Assembly (NCBI GenBank): GCA_951406725.2
Contig: OX597827.1
Coordinates: 8,618,001 to 8,682,000 of the forward strand
DNA: 64,000 nucleotides
Direction: 5' to 3'
Source of the DNA: Octopus vulgaris
Taxonomy: Eukaryota
The notes below the pieces were generated by a model. It was not told the origin of the DNA. It did no database searches and saw only the letters and a program-made list of their open reading frames with translations. Below are positions 13,795-28,375 of this stretch, one piece after another. Each line of letters starts with the position of its first letter. Within the stretch, counting starts at the first letter, position 1. The translations under genes and the position numbers were made by a program.

Positions 13795-14270
13795 ATCATC
13801 CTCATCATCATCATCATCATCATTTAACGTCCCCTTTCCATGCTAGCATGGGTTTGACGATTTGACCGAGGACTGGTGAACCAGATGGCTGCACCAGGCT
13901 CCAAGCTGATCTGGTGGGGTTTCTACAGCTGGATGCCTTTCCTAATGCCAACCACTCCGAGAGTGTAGTGGGTTCTTTTACGTGCCACCGGCATGAGGGC
14001 CAGTCAGGTGGTACTGGCAATGGTCATGCTCAAATGGTGTTTTTTATGTGTCACCTGCACAGGAGCTAGTCCAGTGGCACTGGCAACAACCATGCTTGAA
14101 TGTTTTTTCACGTACCACCAGCACAAGTACCAGTAAGGCAATGCTGGTAATGATCACGCTTGAATGGTGCTTTTTATGTGCCACAAGCATGGAAGCCAGT
14201 CAGCTGCTCTAGCAACGATCATGCTCAGATGGTGCTCTTAGCACTCCTCTGGCACGGATGCCAGTCATTG
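13795..14270 (-). mobile_element. SINE family C with internal 5-unit tandem module
   Basis: Colinear with 2104-2600. Confidence 0.75.
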
Positions 14271-14595
14271 AATTTGATAATGGTATGTTACCCATTTTTC
14301 AGACTTTATATAGGAAATCCTCAAAATCAGAAAATTAATTTTTTTACTTCTTTTTCTTATCACAGAAGCCATAGAATATTTCTATCACACAACACCATGT
14401 GTTTGCATGTTGTGGCAAAAGGGCTTTAGTAGCATTTCTAGACTTGGTAGAACCAGATTCTGCTCTCTGAAGTGATTTGGAAAACACTCCAGAATTTAAC
14501 AGGAATTTCTACTTCTCTTGGTGTTAGATTCCAGTTCATGGAGTAATTTTGGAAATATTCAATAATTTAAATGGAATTTTTTAAAACTTAGAATA

Positions 14596-14998
14596 GGCGC
14601 AGGAGTGGCTGTTATAGGCGCAGGAGTGGCTGTGTGGTAAGTAGCTTGCTAACCAACCACATGATTCCGGGTTCAGTCCCACTGCATGGCATCTTGGGCA
14701 AGTGTCTTCTGCTATAGCCCCGGGCCGACCAAAGCCTTGTGAATGGATTTGATACACGGAAACTGAAAGAAGCCTGTCGTATATATGTATGTATGTGTGT
14801 GTTTGTCCCCCTAGCATTGCTTGACAACCGATGCTGGTGTGTTTACGTCCCTGTCACTTAGCGGTTCGGCAAGAGAGACCGATAGAATAAGTACTAGCTT
14901 ACAAAGAATAAGTCCCAGGGTCGATTTGCTCAACTAAAGGCGGTGCTCCAGCATGGCCGCAGTCAAATGACTCAAACAAGTAAAAGAGTAAAAGAGTA
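14596..14998 (+). mobile_element. SINE family A with duplicated 5' head
   Basis: taggcgcaggagtggctgt occurs twice in tandem (ggcgc at 14596 and 14617). Confidence 0.9.
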
Positions 14999-15930
14999 TG
15001 CAGTTCCTCAGAAATCTCATGAGTACATTGACAGGTATATATTCCTCTATTTCTCTTGCAGAGAGCATGGCGCGGACTTCATTTTATCAACCCTAATTCT
15101 CTAAACATTCATACTCAGTATAACACAGTTGTTACTAATTACATTTCAGTTGTATCCACTTCTAAGTTAAAACACTTTTCTTAATTCACTATCAAAACTC
15201 TTTCCTGTACTTTTCTCTGCTTTAAATACCTTCCCAAAGGTCGAAGCTAGTCTCTTAATACTTTGATAAGTACCCATCACCAATGATTATTAAGGATTTA
15301 AAACAAAAGAAATGAAGAAACTAGTAGAATTCAAGAAAACTAATAAAGGTAAGTATTGGCAAAAAACAAAAACATCAAAATAAAAACCAATAAAATTTGA
15401 ATTTGATGCAGAATTCTCTTCATCAAATCTTTCTTAATATGAGTTATCACTTGAACTTGAAACACTTTCGTGTCAAAACTGACATTTAATTTCCAATTCC
15501 CATGCTGTCTTTTATAGCTTTGGTCTAATCTGACTTTCCTAATCAGTATATCTGTGGGCATCAGGCTAATTTGCAGTCTGGTGGCTTAAAGAACATTCTA
15601 TCTAAATAAAATCTGTATTTTCCACCTTATTAGACAAAGTATATGCTGGTTCTTAGGAAAATTTAGTTAGAATCTCTTTATCAAGGAGAGTAGCAGAAGA
15701 AATTCAAGAATATATCCATTCTGTTGTGTACACTGGCTTCAACAATGTCTAGAATTACATTCCAGTCTTTATTTAACAATACATAATATCACCAGAAATG
15801 GAGAAGCAACCAGCATTATATTACCCTTCACTGCTTTGGAGGTCAAGTATGGTCAACGACTGTATTGGATAGTATAATCATGGTTACATTGAATGTGTCA
15901 AAAGCCCTCATTGTTTATAATAAAATCTTA

Positions 15931-16348
15931 GGTGCAGGAGTGGCTGTGTGGTAAGTAGCTTGCTTACGAACCACATGGTTCCGGGTTCAGTCCCACTGTG
16001 TGGCACCTTGGGCAAGTGTCTTCTACTATAGCCTCGGGCCGACCAAAGGCTTCTGAGTGGATTTGGTAGACAGAAACTGAAAGAAGCCCGTCGTATATAT
16101 GTATATATATATGTGTGTGTGTGCGTTTGTTTGTGTGTCTGTGTTTGTCCCCCTAGCATTGCTTGACAACCGATGCTGGTGTGTTTATGTCCCCGTCACT
16201 TAGCGGTTCGGCAAAAGAGACCAATAGAATAAGTACTGGGCTTACAAAGAATAAGTCCCGGGGTTGATATGCTTGATTTAAGGCGGTGCTCCAGCATGGC
16301 CGCAGTCAAATGACTGAAACAAGTAAAAGAGTAAAAAGAGAGAGAGAG
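15931..16348 (+). mobile_element. SINE family A
   Basis: Consensus match. Confidence 0.9.
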
Positions 16349-16899
16349 TTCCCTGATATTCAAAAGCCTAAATTTTAGGCACTATTTTGAGTAGATTGGT
16401 ACCGACATAAGCCATCTATCTTAGTCCTACTCTTGTTTGTTATAAATTCCTCAGGTGTTTTTGTATTTTTTATCTTCAGTAAGTATGGGGGATAATACCA
16501 ACATCTTTGATCAAAGAATATTTAACTGCTAACCAAATTTGGAGGGAAGGTTTTGACTACTGTGAAGCCTATCAGTAATCTAGCTTGTATGCAATGAGGA
16601 ACTGCTAGAAATAACAGCTAAATCTCTCCCCCCCCTCTCTCTCAGTAAACCCTATAGTTTAAACATAGTTTATACATATGTATTTATATCTGACAGTTTC
16701 TTTTACCAAATACACTCACAAATCTTCAGTCAGTCCTGGGCTATGATAGAAAACCTTTGCCCAAGATGTCACACAATGGGACTGAACCAGAGACCACATA
16801 GAATACAAGCATCTCAACCAAACAGCCATGCCAGTGTGTGTGTATATAGGTCGATTTGTTCACAGTCAAATGATGAAACAAGTAAAACAATAAAAGAAC

Positions 16900-16949
<50 letters not shown>

Positions 16950-16953
<4 letters not shown>

Positions 16954-17150
16954 GAAAAATACAAACTGGGACAAGAACGTAAAACATTTAAAAGACAATA
17001 CAAAAACCACGGACGGGATATTCGAAGCCTTCAATCTTCAGTCAAGAACCGGATCATCCTAGCAGTTTCGGCTGATTAATCTTGAGATCGCTCCAATCCG
17101 GCCAGCCCCAAGGAAAAACTAAGCTACGAGCATTAGATTTCTTGGAAACA
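16950..17150 (-). mobile_element. Penelope-like remnant with degenerate hammerhead-like motifs next to (TA)n
   Basis: The minus strand has CTGAAGA...CGAA...GTC and cagcCGAAAC, and the element abuts a (TA)n tract. The assignment is inference. Confidence 0.35.
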
Positions 17151-17805
17151 CTGCATACATATACATAGTGTGTGAGTCTGTGCATTTGCATTGAGATGAT
17201 ATTTCTATATTACTGCATCCTTCACTCTCTTCTGCAAATCACATCCTTTAGCAATTTTCTCCAGTGATTTATTCTAATTTCTGACACTTATACATGTACA
17301 TCGTTTTTCATCAATATAGTGATTCACTCACCATTAACCTAGCATGTATGAAGGAGCCAATGCTTTGCTAAGGAGGTCTAGTAAGACTGAAACATGTCCC
17401 AGGTTATTGCCCATATTTTCTACAATCAGATTGAAATAATATTCGTAATTTAGCTAATGTTTTCTTCTCTTCACTACATAAGTACTGTTAATTAATGATA
17501 TATTTTTTACCTCACTACATAGAATACTGCATTTTCCAGCATACAGGCCAAATATTTTAGGGCAAAATTTATTGCCGAAAAAAAAGTTAAGTTGACTTAT
17601 ACACTGAGACAACTTTGGAGGTGCAAAAAATTTTATATGGAATGGAGCAAGATTTGAAAAGATATTGATGATGTTTGAATGTTTACACTACATGTTTACT
17701 CGATATACTATGTTAATTTTGCATACTTGAAAATAAGGCATACTGTTATTTTTCAATGCAGATGATGTGACATGGCAACTTCATCCAGTTATTGATTTTA
17801 CAATT

Positions 17806-18219
17806 ACTCTTTTACTTGTTTCAGTCATTTGACTGTGGCCATGCTGGAGCACAGCCTTTAGTCGAGCAAATCGACCCCAGGAAATTGATAATATTCTTTG
17901 TAAGCCTAGTACTTATTCTATTGGTCTCTCTTGGTAACTGCTGAGTTACGGGGATGTAAACACACCAGCATCAGATGTCAAGCGATGTTGGGGAAACAAA
18001 CATAGACACACAAACACATACACACATACACACATACATATATATATACATATATAGGATGGCTTCTTTCAGTTTCCATCTACCAAATCCACTCACAAGG
18101 CTTTGGCCAGCCCGAGGCTATAGTAGAAGACACTTGCCCAAGGTGCCACACAGTGGGATTGAACCCGGAACCATGTGGTTAGTAAGCAAGCTACTTACCA
18201 CACAGCCACTCCTACGCCT
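17806..18219 (-). mobile_element. SINE family A
   Basis: Consensus match, more diverged. Confidence 0.85.
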
Positions 18220-18835
18220 ATGTTCTGTTCTACTTTCTAATGGGTTTCATATAAATGACATTTTATAACATACGATTCATAAAACATTTTGGGGTCATTT
18301 TGCCCAATGTTACCAGGGCAAAATACTTATTTATATAGGTTAGTCATTATTTGAAGAACTCTGGATTGTGGAATGTCAGCACACTGAGAACTGTTTTGAT
18401 TCCCAGTTGCAGCTTCTTTCAGATTGCTTACATTACGAATATTGATAAGGAGCAAATGATAAAAAAGCAGCATGATACCACAACTCTTGTATCCTCTGCT
18501 CCCTAAAGTCAATAAAGTTTATATCCTAACCAACGAATACCTTTGCTTATGGAAGTCATGCGATAAACTCTAATTATCCAATGACTGTGTGAGATAAATT
18601 AAATATTGATTGGTTAGATTCATTATTTGTGAATAAATATCATTGATTCCCTAAATTATTCAAACAAGTTATTGCAACAAAACCTGTATAATGTGGTATA
18701 TGTGAAGAATAAATAAATCACTAAGTAAATAAATTTAAATGATTCTGAACATTGAAGTATATTTTTTTCCCTTTTCCTAAGATTTTTAGGTAAATGAGGA
18801 AAAGCTGAGTTGCATGTCACAATTAGGAAAAAGCA

Positions 18836-19360
<525 letters not shown>

Positions 19361-20540
19361 AATTGAAATTAAAAGAATGAGAAAAGCAAATTAAAAAAGT
19401 TTAAAATTTTTCTGCTTAACGAATATCTGATCAAATTTTTTTTCTTTCTCCTCTTGTTTCTAATTTCAAATTGATCACAGACTACTTGAAGAAGCAGAAA
19501 TTGAAAATGTCTGTCAAATGAAGCTGGTTAAAGTGTACAGATTTTACTTCAGCACATTACTTTCTGCCCTCTGGTGATTTGCTAAAATATTAATTTAATG
19601 AGTTAAAAACACTCTACTTCAAGAAGTCTGTATTTTTATTGAAATTTTATCATTTTATAATTATTATTATTTTTTTTTCATTTAAGTATTACTACTTCAT
19701 TATTTTGAATATAATAACAACTAAAGTCATATTAATTTCTAATAGGAACTAGGTATTTGCCTACCAGGCAGAATGTATTACAATTAATACAATTAAGTTC
19801 TAATTAAAAGAAACCATAGACAGCTATCATGAAGCACAGATATAATGTCAAACTATATTGGTTTGTTTCCTTATACGCCGACCAATAAAGAACCCTTCCT
19901 TTAGAGAGAAAGAATGGAAAATATATATCAAGTAATGAATCCAGAGAATTACCAAGGTTACAGGATCTTTTGGAACTGACCATGTTTAATACTTTTGGAA
20001 TTGAAAGAATATTATCGATATCATCTGGCTTGGGCATAGCTATATGGTTAAGAAGCACTTTTTGGTATCACATGGTTTCAGGGTTCAGTTCCACTTTGCA
20101 GTTCGTTGTGCAAGTGTTTTCTCTGTGAATGAACTTGGTAGGCAGAAACTGTGCAGAAGCCTCTCTGTGTGTGTGCATGCATGTGTGAGTGTGTGTGTGT
20201 ATTTATGTGTATGTGTGTACGTGTATATGTGTGTGCATGTGTGTGTGTGTGTGTGTAGTTGTGTTTGTCCCATTCACACAGCTGTTATTTTGTTTGTTTC
20301 ACTGTCACCAAGCAGTTCATCATAAGAAACTGACAGAATGAATACCAGCCTTAAAAATTCAGTTTTGAAAATCAATTTGTTTGGCTAAATACTTTAAGGC
20401 AATGACATAACATTGTTACAATCCAATGTATGAAACAGATATGCGATAAAAGCTAAAAAGTTGTTACCCAAACCCCTCAACAAAAACAGTTAAATAACAG
20501 GTAAGCATTTTTTGATTTTTTAAAAATAATTTTCAGTTAT

Positions 20541-21026
20541 GTTAGTTAGTTAGTTAGTTAATTTTTTGGCTCAAAAAGCAAAAAGCAAGGCCATGTAGGG
20601 GGACATGGAGTTATGTACAGGGTGGTGTTCATGTAAAGAGTTCAGGTTACTTGAGGACAAGGGAGACTTTGAACAAAGCGGTCGTCGGCATCTTCACCAT
20701 CTCATCTGGCAGCTTGTTCCACGGATCTGCAACCTGGATGGAGAAAGCCCCTCTCCTTCGATTGAGATGAAATCGTCGCAGAAAGAGCTTTTCGGAATGA
20801 CCCCGCAGCTGACGCTCTGGAGCATGAGTGAAGAACAGCTCTTTCGAGAGGTTGTGAGCGAGAATGAGATCACCACGGCGGCGGCGTTTTTCTAGAGAAT
20901 AAAGGTCGAGTGTCTTCAGCCTTTCTTCATAAGACAAATTCTTGAGACCATGAACCATGTGGGTAGCCAGCTTCTGGACTCTTTCGAGATGCTGTATGTC
21001 TTTGAGGAGATAAGGAGAAGAGGCTT
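20541..21026 (-). mobile_element. CR1-clade LINE 3' fragment (ORF2 C-terminus, 3' UTR, (AACT)n tail)
   Basis: Translation GLKNLSYEERLKTLDLYSLEKRRRRGDLI...LRGHSEKL...WNKLP matches the CR1/L2-group ORF2 C-terminal signature (LSYEERL..L.L.SLE.RR.RGDLI; RGH; WN.LP). Tandem tail at 20541-20560. Confidence 0.9.
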
Positions 21027-21116
21027 AGATTAGTCTGGAAGGATGTTTTGTATCCATTGCCTTCTGCAGTTCCTCCAAGACCAAGGAAGTTGGTACTGTT
21101 GGTGTTCTTTCTTGAA

Positions 21117-21274
21117 GGTAGCTGTGTGGTAAGAAGCTTGCTTCTCAACCACATGATTCTGGGTTCAGTCCTACTGTGTGGCACCTTGGACAAGTGTCTT
21201 CTACTAAAGCCTTGGGCTGACCAAAGCTTTGTGAATGGATCTTTGTAAACAGAAACTGAAAGAAACCCATCATA

Positions 21275-21361
<87 letters not shown>

Positions 21362-21830
21362 GCATGTATATTTGTGTGTCTGTGTTTGTCCCCACCACCA
21401 TCACTTGACAACCGATGTTGGTGTGTTTACATCCCCATAACTTAGCGATTCAGCTAAAGGGGCTGATAGAATAAATGCTAGACTTACAAAGAATAAGTTC
21501 TGGGGTCGATTTGTTCAGTTAATGACAGTGCTCCAGCATGGCCACAGCTAAATTACTGAAACAAGTTAAAGAGTATATATATATATACATATATACATAT
21601 GTATGTATTTATGTGTGTGTGCCTTTGTGTCTATGTTTGTTCCCTCTCCATTGCTTGACAACTGATGTTGATGTGTCTATGTCCCCGTAACTTAGCGGTT
21701 TGGCTAAAGAACCCAAAAGAATAAGTGTTAGGCTTCCATAAATAAGTCCTGGGATCGATTTCTTTGACTAAAACCTTTTAAGGTGGTGCTCCAGCATGGC
21801 TGCAGTCAAATGTCTGAAACATGTAAAAGA
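21117..21830 (+). mobile_element. Older SINE family A copy followed by a second 3' half
   Basis: Diverged consensus matches at 21117-21573 and ~21620-21830. Confidence 0.75.
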
Positions 21831-21993
21831 ATGTGCAAGGAAGGAATCCCAAGCAGAAGATCTTCTGGGGGTCAAAGAAATAGTCAAAAAGGTTAATGTG
21901 GGAGTCCTAAGGTAGAAAGGTGGACACAATATGGGTGATAAGAGGAGAGATGTGTAAGTCAGGCGGTGGGGGGGGGGGTCAAAGTTCCACAAG

Positions 21994-22097
21994 GATGATG
22001 ATGATGATGGTGATGGTGATGCAGATGTTGCTACTGATGCTAACCACGATGCCAATGCTTATAATATTGATAGTGATGATGATGACAGTGATGATAT

Positions 22098-22130
<33 letters not shown>

Positions 22131-22305
22131 CGACGACGGCAGTGAGAATGATGATAATATTGATGATGATGACGATGATGATGATGATGATGATGATGAT
22201 GACGATCATGATGATGATGATGATGGACGATGACGATGATGATGATGATGATAATGATGATGATGATGATGATCATGATGATGATGATGATGATAATGAT
22301 AATAT

Positions 22306-22348
<43 letters not shown>

Positions 22349-22352
22349 AATA

Positions 22353-22392
<40 letters not shown>

Positions 22393-22436
22393 CGATGACG
22401 ATGATGATGATGATAATGATGATGATGATGACGATC

Positions 22437-22467
<31 letters not shown>

Positions 22468-22963
22468 CGATCATGATGATGATGATGACAATGATGATGA
22501 TGATAATATTGATGATGATGATGATGACGATCATGATGATGATGATGATGATGATGACGATGATGATAATGATGATGATGATGACAATGATGATGATGAT
22601 GGTAATGATGATGATGACAATGATGATGATGATAATGATGATGATGATGATGATGATGATGACAATGATGATGATGATAATGATGATGATCATGACGATG
22701 ATGATGATGATGAGGATGATGAGGATGCTACCGCACAAGACACTGGCAGCCACGGCAACTGCAGAAGCAGCAACACCGACAGTGGCTGCCGAGGTGGTGG
22801 CAGAAATAATAATGAGGGAGATGAAAATGCATACCTCATGAAGATTATGATGATTAAGATGATGGTGATGATGATGATGACAACAACGATGACGGTGTTG
22901 ACGGACGACGACAATGATGATGATGACAGTGATGATAACATAGATGATGACAATGCTGATGCA

Positions 22964-23003
<40 letters not shown>

Positions 23004-23040
23004 AAGATGATGATGGTGATGATGATGGTGATGGAGGTGA
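21994..23040. repeat. ~1-kb imperfect (GAT)n microsatellite
   Basis: Directly visible; source of the poly-D/M/I ORFs. Confidence 0.95.
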
Positions 23041-23464
23041 CAAGAAGAACAAGAAGGTTTTAATTAGTTTAAATTACATTTTATTTTAAATAGTAAATCT
23101 ACTTCTGGCTGGAATCAAATTAGATAAGGTGTGACCCTGTTGACAGTTTCAACAGGTAACCCATTGAAGGCAATATCAATACGAGAAACTGAGAGGGGAA
23201 TATCTTTAACTAATTGCCCCTGTTGATTTCAATATGCAAATTAAGTTCAAAGAGGTGTAGGCATGTTTGTATGATTAAGAAATTTGTTTTGTGACCATGT
23301 GATTTTGGGTTCAATCCCATTATGAGGCACTTAGGGTTATTGTTTTCTGCTATAGATCTGGCCTGACCAAATACCTTGTGACGGAATTTTTAGATAGAAA
23401 CTGTATGGAAGTACATCATATCTGTGTGTGTGTGTGAGTGTGTGTGTGAGTATTGTGTGCATGT

Positions 23465-23503
<39 letters not shown>

Positions 23504-24666
23504 TATTGCGTGCATGTGTGTGAGTGTGTGTCTTTAAGTTTCTATTTTACCCCCTGCCTACACATATCTATCTATCTGTCTGTCTGTCTATATGTGTATG
23601 TGTGTGTGCGAGTCTTTATTTGCACCCCTCTCATAACCACTACCACCACCACCACCACCCCTTCACAACCAGTGTTAGTTTGTTTACAACCCCATAAATT
23701 AGTAGTTCAGCAAAAGAGATTGATAGAATAAATACCAGGCTTAAAAAAAAGTATTAGGGTCAATTTGTTGGACTAAAAACTAGTCAAGACTGTGCACCAG
23801 CATGGCCACACATTGAAGCATATAAAAGGTATTAGGTGACATTCTTGTAAAGCGAGGCAGTAATTTCTCAGTTTGAATCATTGACCTCATGGAAAGACAG
23901 TAAGCCTTTATTTAAACCAACGAGTAAGCCTCGAAGGGGTCACGCCATCAACAAGAAATAGTAACACAGTTTCCCTCCAATCACATCGTGCTGTCTTAAA
24001 AAAAAGAAAAATAAATAATGGAATGGCCATGGCTTGGAAACCTTTGATCAAAATGTCTGTTCAGTCAGGCCTGATACGGAACTAAGTAACAACAACAACA
24101 ATAACAATAGGGAATGTGTCATCTAATAAATAAATCACTTTGCAGAAAAGTTAATTCAATATCATCTGGAAACCCATTTTAAATTGAAATACAGTGTCTC
24201 TCTCTTTCTCTCTCCTTTTACCCACCACCCTCCTTTTATCCCTTCCCTCCCTCTTTCTCTCTTATAGATTCAACCAATCAAAGGGTTTGATATTTCAGTT
24301 GATGACATGTGGTCAATCTAGTAGAAAGATATGTTGTTATACATTGTCAATACTCTTATCGAAATGACCAATAATAATAATAATAATAATCACATCAACA
24401 ATAATTGTGTCCGCCAATTAGAATAAAACAAATGGAATGAAGAAGGCAAATGTGTTTTCATTGTTTTTATGTCGGAAAGGAAAAGTACTCAGCTAAATAT
24501 TTCATTCCATAAAGATTCCTCACAGTCAATGGTTTATCTCTGCCTAAGAACTACCTCTCAGGTTTTATGTTATGAAAGGATCAACTGTGTTCATATTCAA
24601 ATTAAAACCTTTCCATAACAGTTTCATCTGAGACCTATTTGTTATATGTCAAACCTTGATGATGAC

Positions 24667-24715
<49 letters not shown>

Positions 24716-24751
24716 GTAATAATAATTTTTTTTATTCTTTTTTTCTTTTAT

Positions 24752-25216
24752 TCGTCTCAGTCATTTGACCTGCAGCCATGCTGGAGCACCACCTTTAGTC
24801 GAACAAATCGATCCCAGGACTTATTCTTTGTAAGCCTAGTACTTATTGTATCAGTCTCTTTTGCCGAACTGCTAAGTTATGGGGATGTAAACACACCAGC
24901 ATTGGTTATCAAGCGATGTTGGGAGACAAACACAGACACACATACATACATACATACATATATATATATATAAAAGAATCCTTTGTGTAATGAGATAAAA
25001 CATCAAGGCTGTATAGATATCAGAGCATTTATAGATAGAAGGTCTTAGATGTAAGACCTTCTATCTATAAATGCTCTGATATCTATACAGCCTTGGTTTT
25101 TTATCTCATTACGCAAAAAATTCTTTTATACACACGCTGACATAGAACCAATGTTGAACCCTTTATTTGCAATATTAGCGAACCTGGAACTTAACTGGGT
25201 CTCAATGACACCATTA

Positions 25217-25270
<54 letters not shown>

Positions 25271-25640
25271 GTTAGGAAGGGCATCCAGCTGTAGAAACAC
25301 TGCCAGATCAGACTGGAGCCTGGGGCAGTCCTGGCTCCCCAGACCCCGGTCGAACCGTCCGACTCGTGCTAGCACGGAAAACGGACGTTAAACGATGATG
25401 ATGATATATATATAGTACAAAGTAGAGAGGGGTTATGAGGGTAACCCACTATGGGATATCATTATATAATTAATAAATAATATGAAATTGTAGTATCTGT
25501 AAGTTGATGATCGAAATGAATTTTGTTCCTCCATTTTCTTATTTATATATATATATATATATGATGGGCTTCTTTCAGTTTCCATCTACCAAAGACTGAA
25601 CCCGGAACCATTTGGTTAGTAAGCAAGCTACTTACTGCAT
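24752..25640 (-). mobile_element. SINE family A interrupted at its internal microsatellite by a hairpin element and a family C fragment
   Basis: 3' half at 24752-24960, 5' remnants at 25563-25640, family C tail fragment at 25268-25405. Confidence 0.7.
24969..25130. repeat. Long palindrome: 44-bp perfect stem, 4-nt loop, ~79-bp arms
   Basis: 25004-25047 is the exact reverse complement of 25052-25095; the outer arms are imperfect. Confidence 0.95.
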
Positions 25641-25646
25641 ACCCAC

Positions 25647-25707
<61 letters not shown>

Positions 25708-25836
25708 GAATGTTAGCTATTTTACTTAGATCCTTCCAAATTCTTGATATTTTTCCAAAACGAATTTCAAAACATGCAAGTAATCATCATCAACATTGCC
25801 ATCGTGATCCTTATCCCCATCATTTCCACTGTCACA

Positions 25837-27599
25837 ACCACTACTGCCAGAACTACTACTACCACTACTGCCAGAACTACTACTACCACTACTGCCAGAA
25901 CTACTACTACCACTACTGCCAGAACTACTACTACCACTACTGCCAGAACTACTACTACCACTACTGCCAGAACTACTACTACCACTACTGCCAGAACTAC
26001 TACTACCACTACTGCCAGAACTACTACTACCACTACTGCCAGAACTACTACTACCACTACTGCCAGAACTACTACTACCACTACTGCCAGAACTACTACT
26101 ACCACTACTGCCAGAACTACTACTACCACTACTGCCAGAACTACTACTACCACTACTGCCAGAACTACTACTACCACTACTGCCAGAACTACTACTACCA
26201 CTACTGCCAGAACTACTACTACCACTACTGCCAGAACTACTACTACCACTACTGCCAGAACTACTACTACCACTACTGCCAGAACTACTACTACCACTAC
26301 TGCCAGAACTACTACTACCACTACTGCCAGAACTACTACTACCACTACTGCCAGAACTACTACTACCACTACTGCCAGAACTACTACTACCACTACTGCC
26401 AGAACTACTACTACCACTACTGCCAGAACTACTACTACCACTACTGCCAGAACTACTACTACCACTACTGCCAGAACTACTACTACCACTACTGCCAGAA
26501 CTACTACTACCACTACTGCCAGAACTACTACTACCACTACTGCCAGAACTACTACTACCACTACTGCCAGAACTACTACTACCACTACTGCCAGAACTAC
26601 TACTACCACTACTGCCAGAACTACTACTACCACTACTGCCAGAACTACTACTACCACTACTGCCAGAACTACTACTACCACTACTGCCAGAACTACTACT
26701 ACCACTACTGCCAGAACTACTACTACCACTACTGCCAGAACTACTACTACCACTACTGCCAGAACTACTACTACCACTACTGCCAGAACTACTACTACCA
26801 CTACTGCCAGAACTACTACTACCACTACTGCCAGAACTACTACTACCACTACTGCCAGAACTACTACTACCACTACTGCCAGAACTACTACTACCACTAC
26901 TGCCAGAACTACTACTACCACTACTGCCAGAACTACTACTACCACTACTGCCAGAACTACTACTACCACTACTGCCAGAACTACTACTACCACTACTGCC
27001 AGAACTACTACTACCACTACTGCCAGAACTACTACTACCACTACTGCCAGAACTACTACTACCACTACTGCCAGAACTACTACTACCACTACTGCCAGAA
27101 CTACTACTACCACTACTGCCAGAACTACTACTACCACTACTGCCAGAACTACTACTACCACTACTGCCAGAACTACTACTACCACTACTGCCAGAACTAC
27201 TACTACCACTACTGCCAGAACTACTACTACCACTACTGCCAGAACTACTACTACCACTACTGCCAGAACTACTACTACCACTACTGCCAGAACTACTACT
27301 ACCACTACTGCCAGAACTACTACTACCACTACTGCCAGAACTACTACTACCACTACTGCCAGAACTACTACTACCACTACTGCCAGAACTACTACTACCA
27401 CTACTGCCAGAACTACTACTACCACTACTGCCAGAACTACTACTACCACTACTGCCAGAACTACTACTACCACTACTGCCAGAACTACTACTACCACTAC
27501 TGCCAGAACTACTACTACCACTACTGCCAGAACTACTACTACCACTACTGCCAGAACTACTACTACCACTACTGCCAGAACTACTACTACCACTACTGC
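25837..27599. repeat. Perfect minisatellite, 73 x 24 bp (accactactgccagaactactact) plus an 11-bp partial unit
   Basis: No variant unit seen; (27541-25837)/24 = 71, plus 2 more full units. Confidence 0.97.
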
Positions 27600-27715
27600 T
27601 GCTGCTGTTGTCACCACTGTTTCACCTTCTTGTTTCGTCATCATCATCATTGCTGCCTCTGTTACCTCCACCACCACCACCACTAACAACAACAACAACA
27701 ACAACAGCAACACCA

Positions 27716-28375
27716 CACACGGATCAGTTCACTTTCTAATAAACAAGAATTTGTCAGATGACCTATGTTACACAACGAAAACAGTGAAGTTTTGGGGGGA
27801 TAAGAGTCTGATGCTTTGGGGATACATAAAATGTGATGGTTCAAGAAAGTTGGTTAAAATTAACAGTAACTTGAATGGTGTCAAATACATCCCAGTTGCT
27901 GAAGGACAATTTGATACCAGACTTGGATGAAGATGAAATTTTTCCTAATGATGGAGCTCCATTCCACAGATCACATGCAATACAACTAACTCTGGCTGAT
28001 GAAGGTGTTGCCATATTGAAAGATTGGCCGGCTCAGAGCCCTGACTTAAATATTATCACGCAAATGTGGACAGAAAAATAAAGAAGAGTCCATCAGAAGA
28101 ATCCACACAATCTTAAAGAGTTGTGGAAGCTCAACTACAGAAAATGGTATCACATACCTGTGAAAATAGTGAAGGATTTGTGCACATCTCTTCCCAGGTG
28201 CATTGAAGCAATTATTCAAGTTAAGGGAAGCCATATGAAATATTAACAATGTACAATAAATTCTTAAAATGAACATTATGTAATCAATTTTTTGTTATAG
28301 ACATTTTTCTGTTTTAAAACACGGTACCTTAATTGGTTTATATGAGGTGGACAAAAATTTTTGCATGACCCTTTT
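27716..28375 (+). mobile_element. Decayed Tc1-like transposase (3' part of DDE domain) with probable right TIR
   Basis: Frameshifted translation TVKFWGDKSLMLWG...FPNDGAPFHRS...WPAQSPDLNIITQMW matches Tc1 motifs TVKxGGGSVMVWG, QDNAPxH and WPxQSPDLNPIENxW. A TIR-like ggtggacaaaaatttttgca lies at ~28346. Confidence 0.88.

Noticed and set aside
20541-20560. (TTAG)n as a telomere-like repeat
   Set aside because: It is the tandem 3' tail of the CR1 fragment, also present at 29396-29415.
21920-23005. Asp-rich 361-aa ORF (aspein-like acidic protein)
   Set aside because: A (GAT)n microsatellite open in several frames and on both strands, with no signal peptide or splice support.
25837-27599. CRISPR-like array
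   Set aside because: There are no spacers: identical contiguous units, eukaryotic context and no cas genes.
25710-27930. Three 650-730-aa ORFs (HYCQNYYY, TTTARTTT, poly-V)
   Set aside because: They are translations of a perfect 24-bp array with no synonymous variation; the C-terminal unique part is a frameshifted Tc1 remnant.
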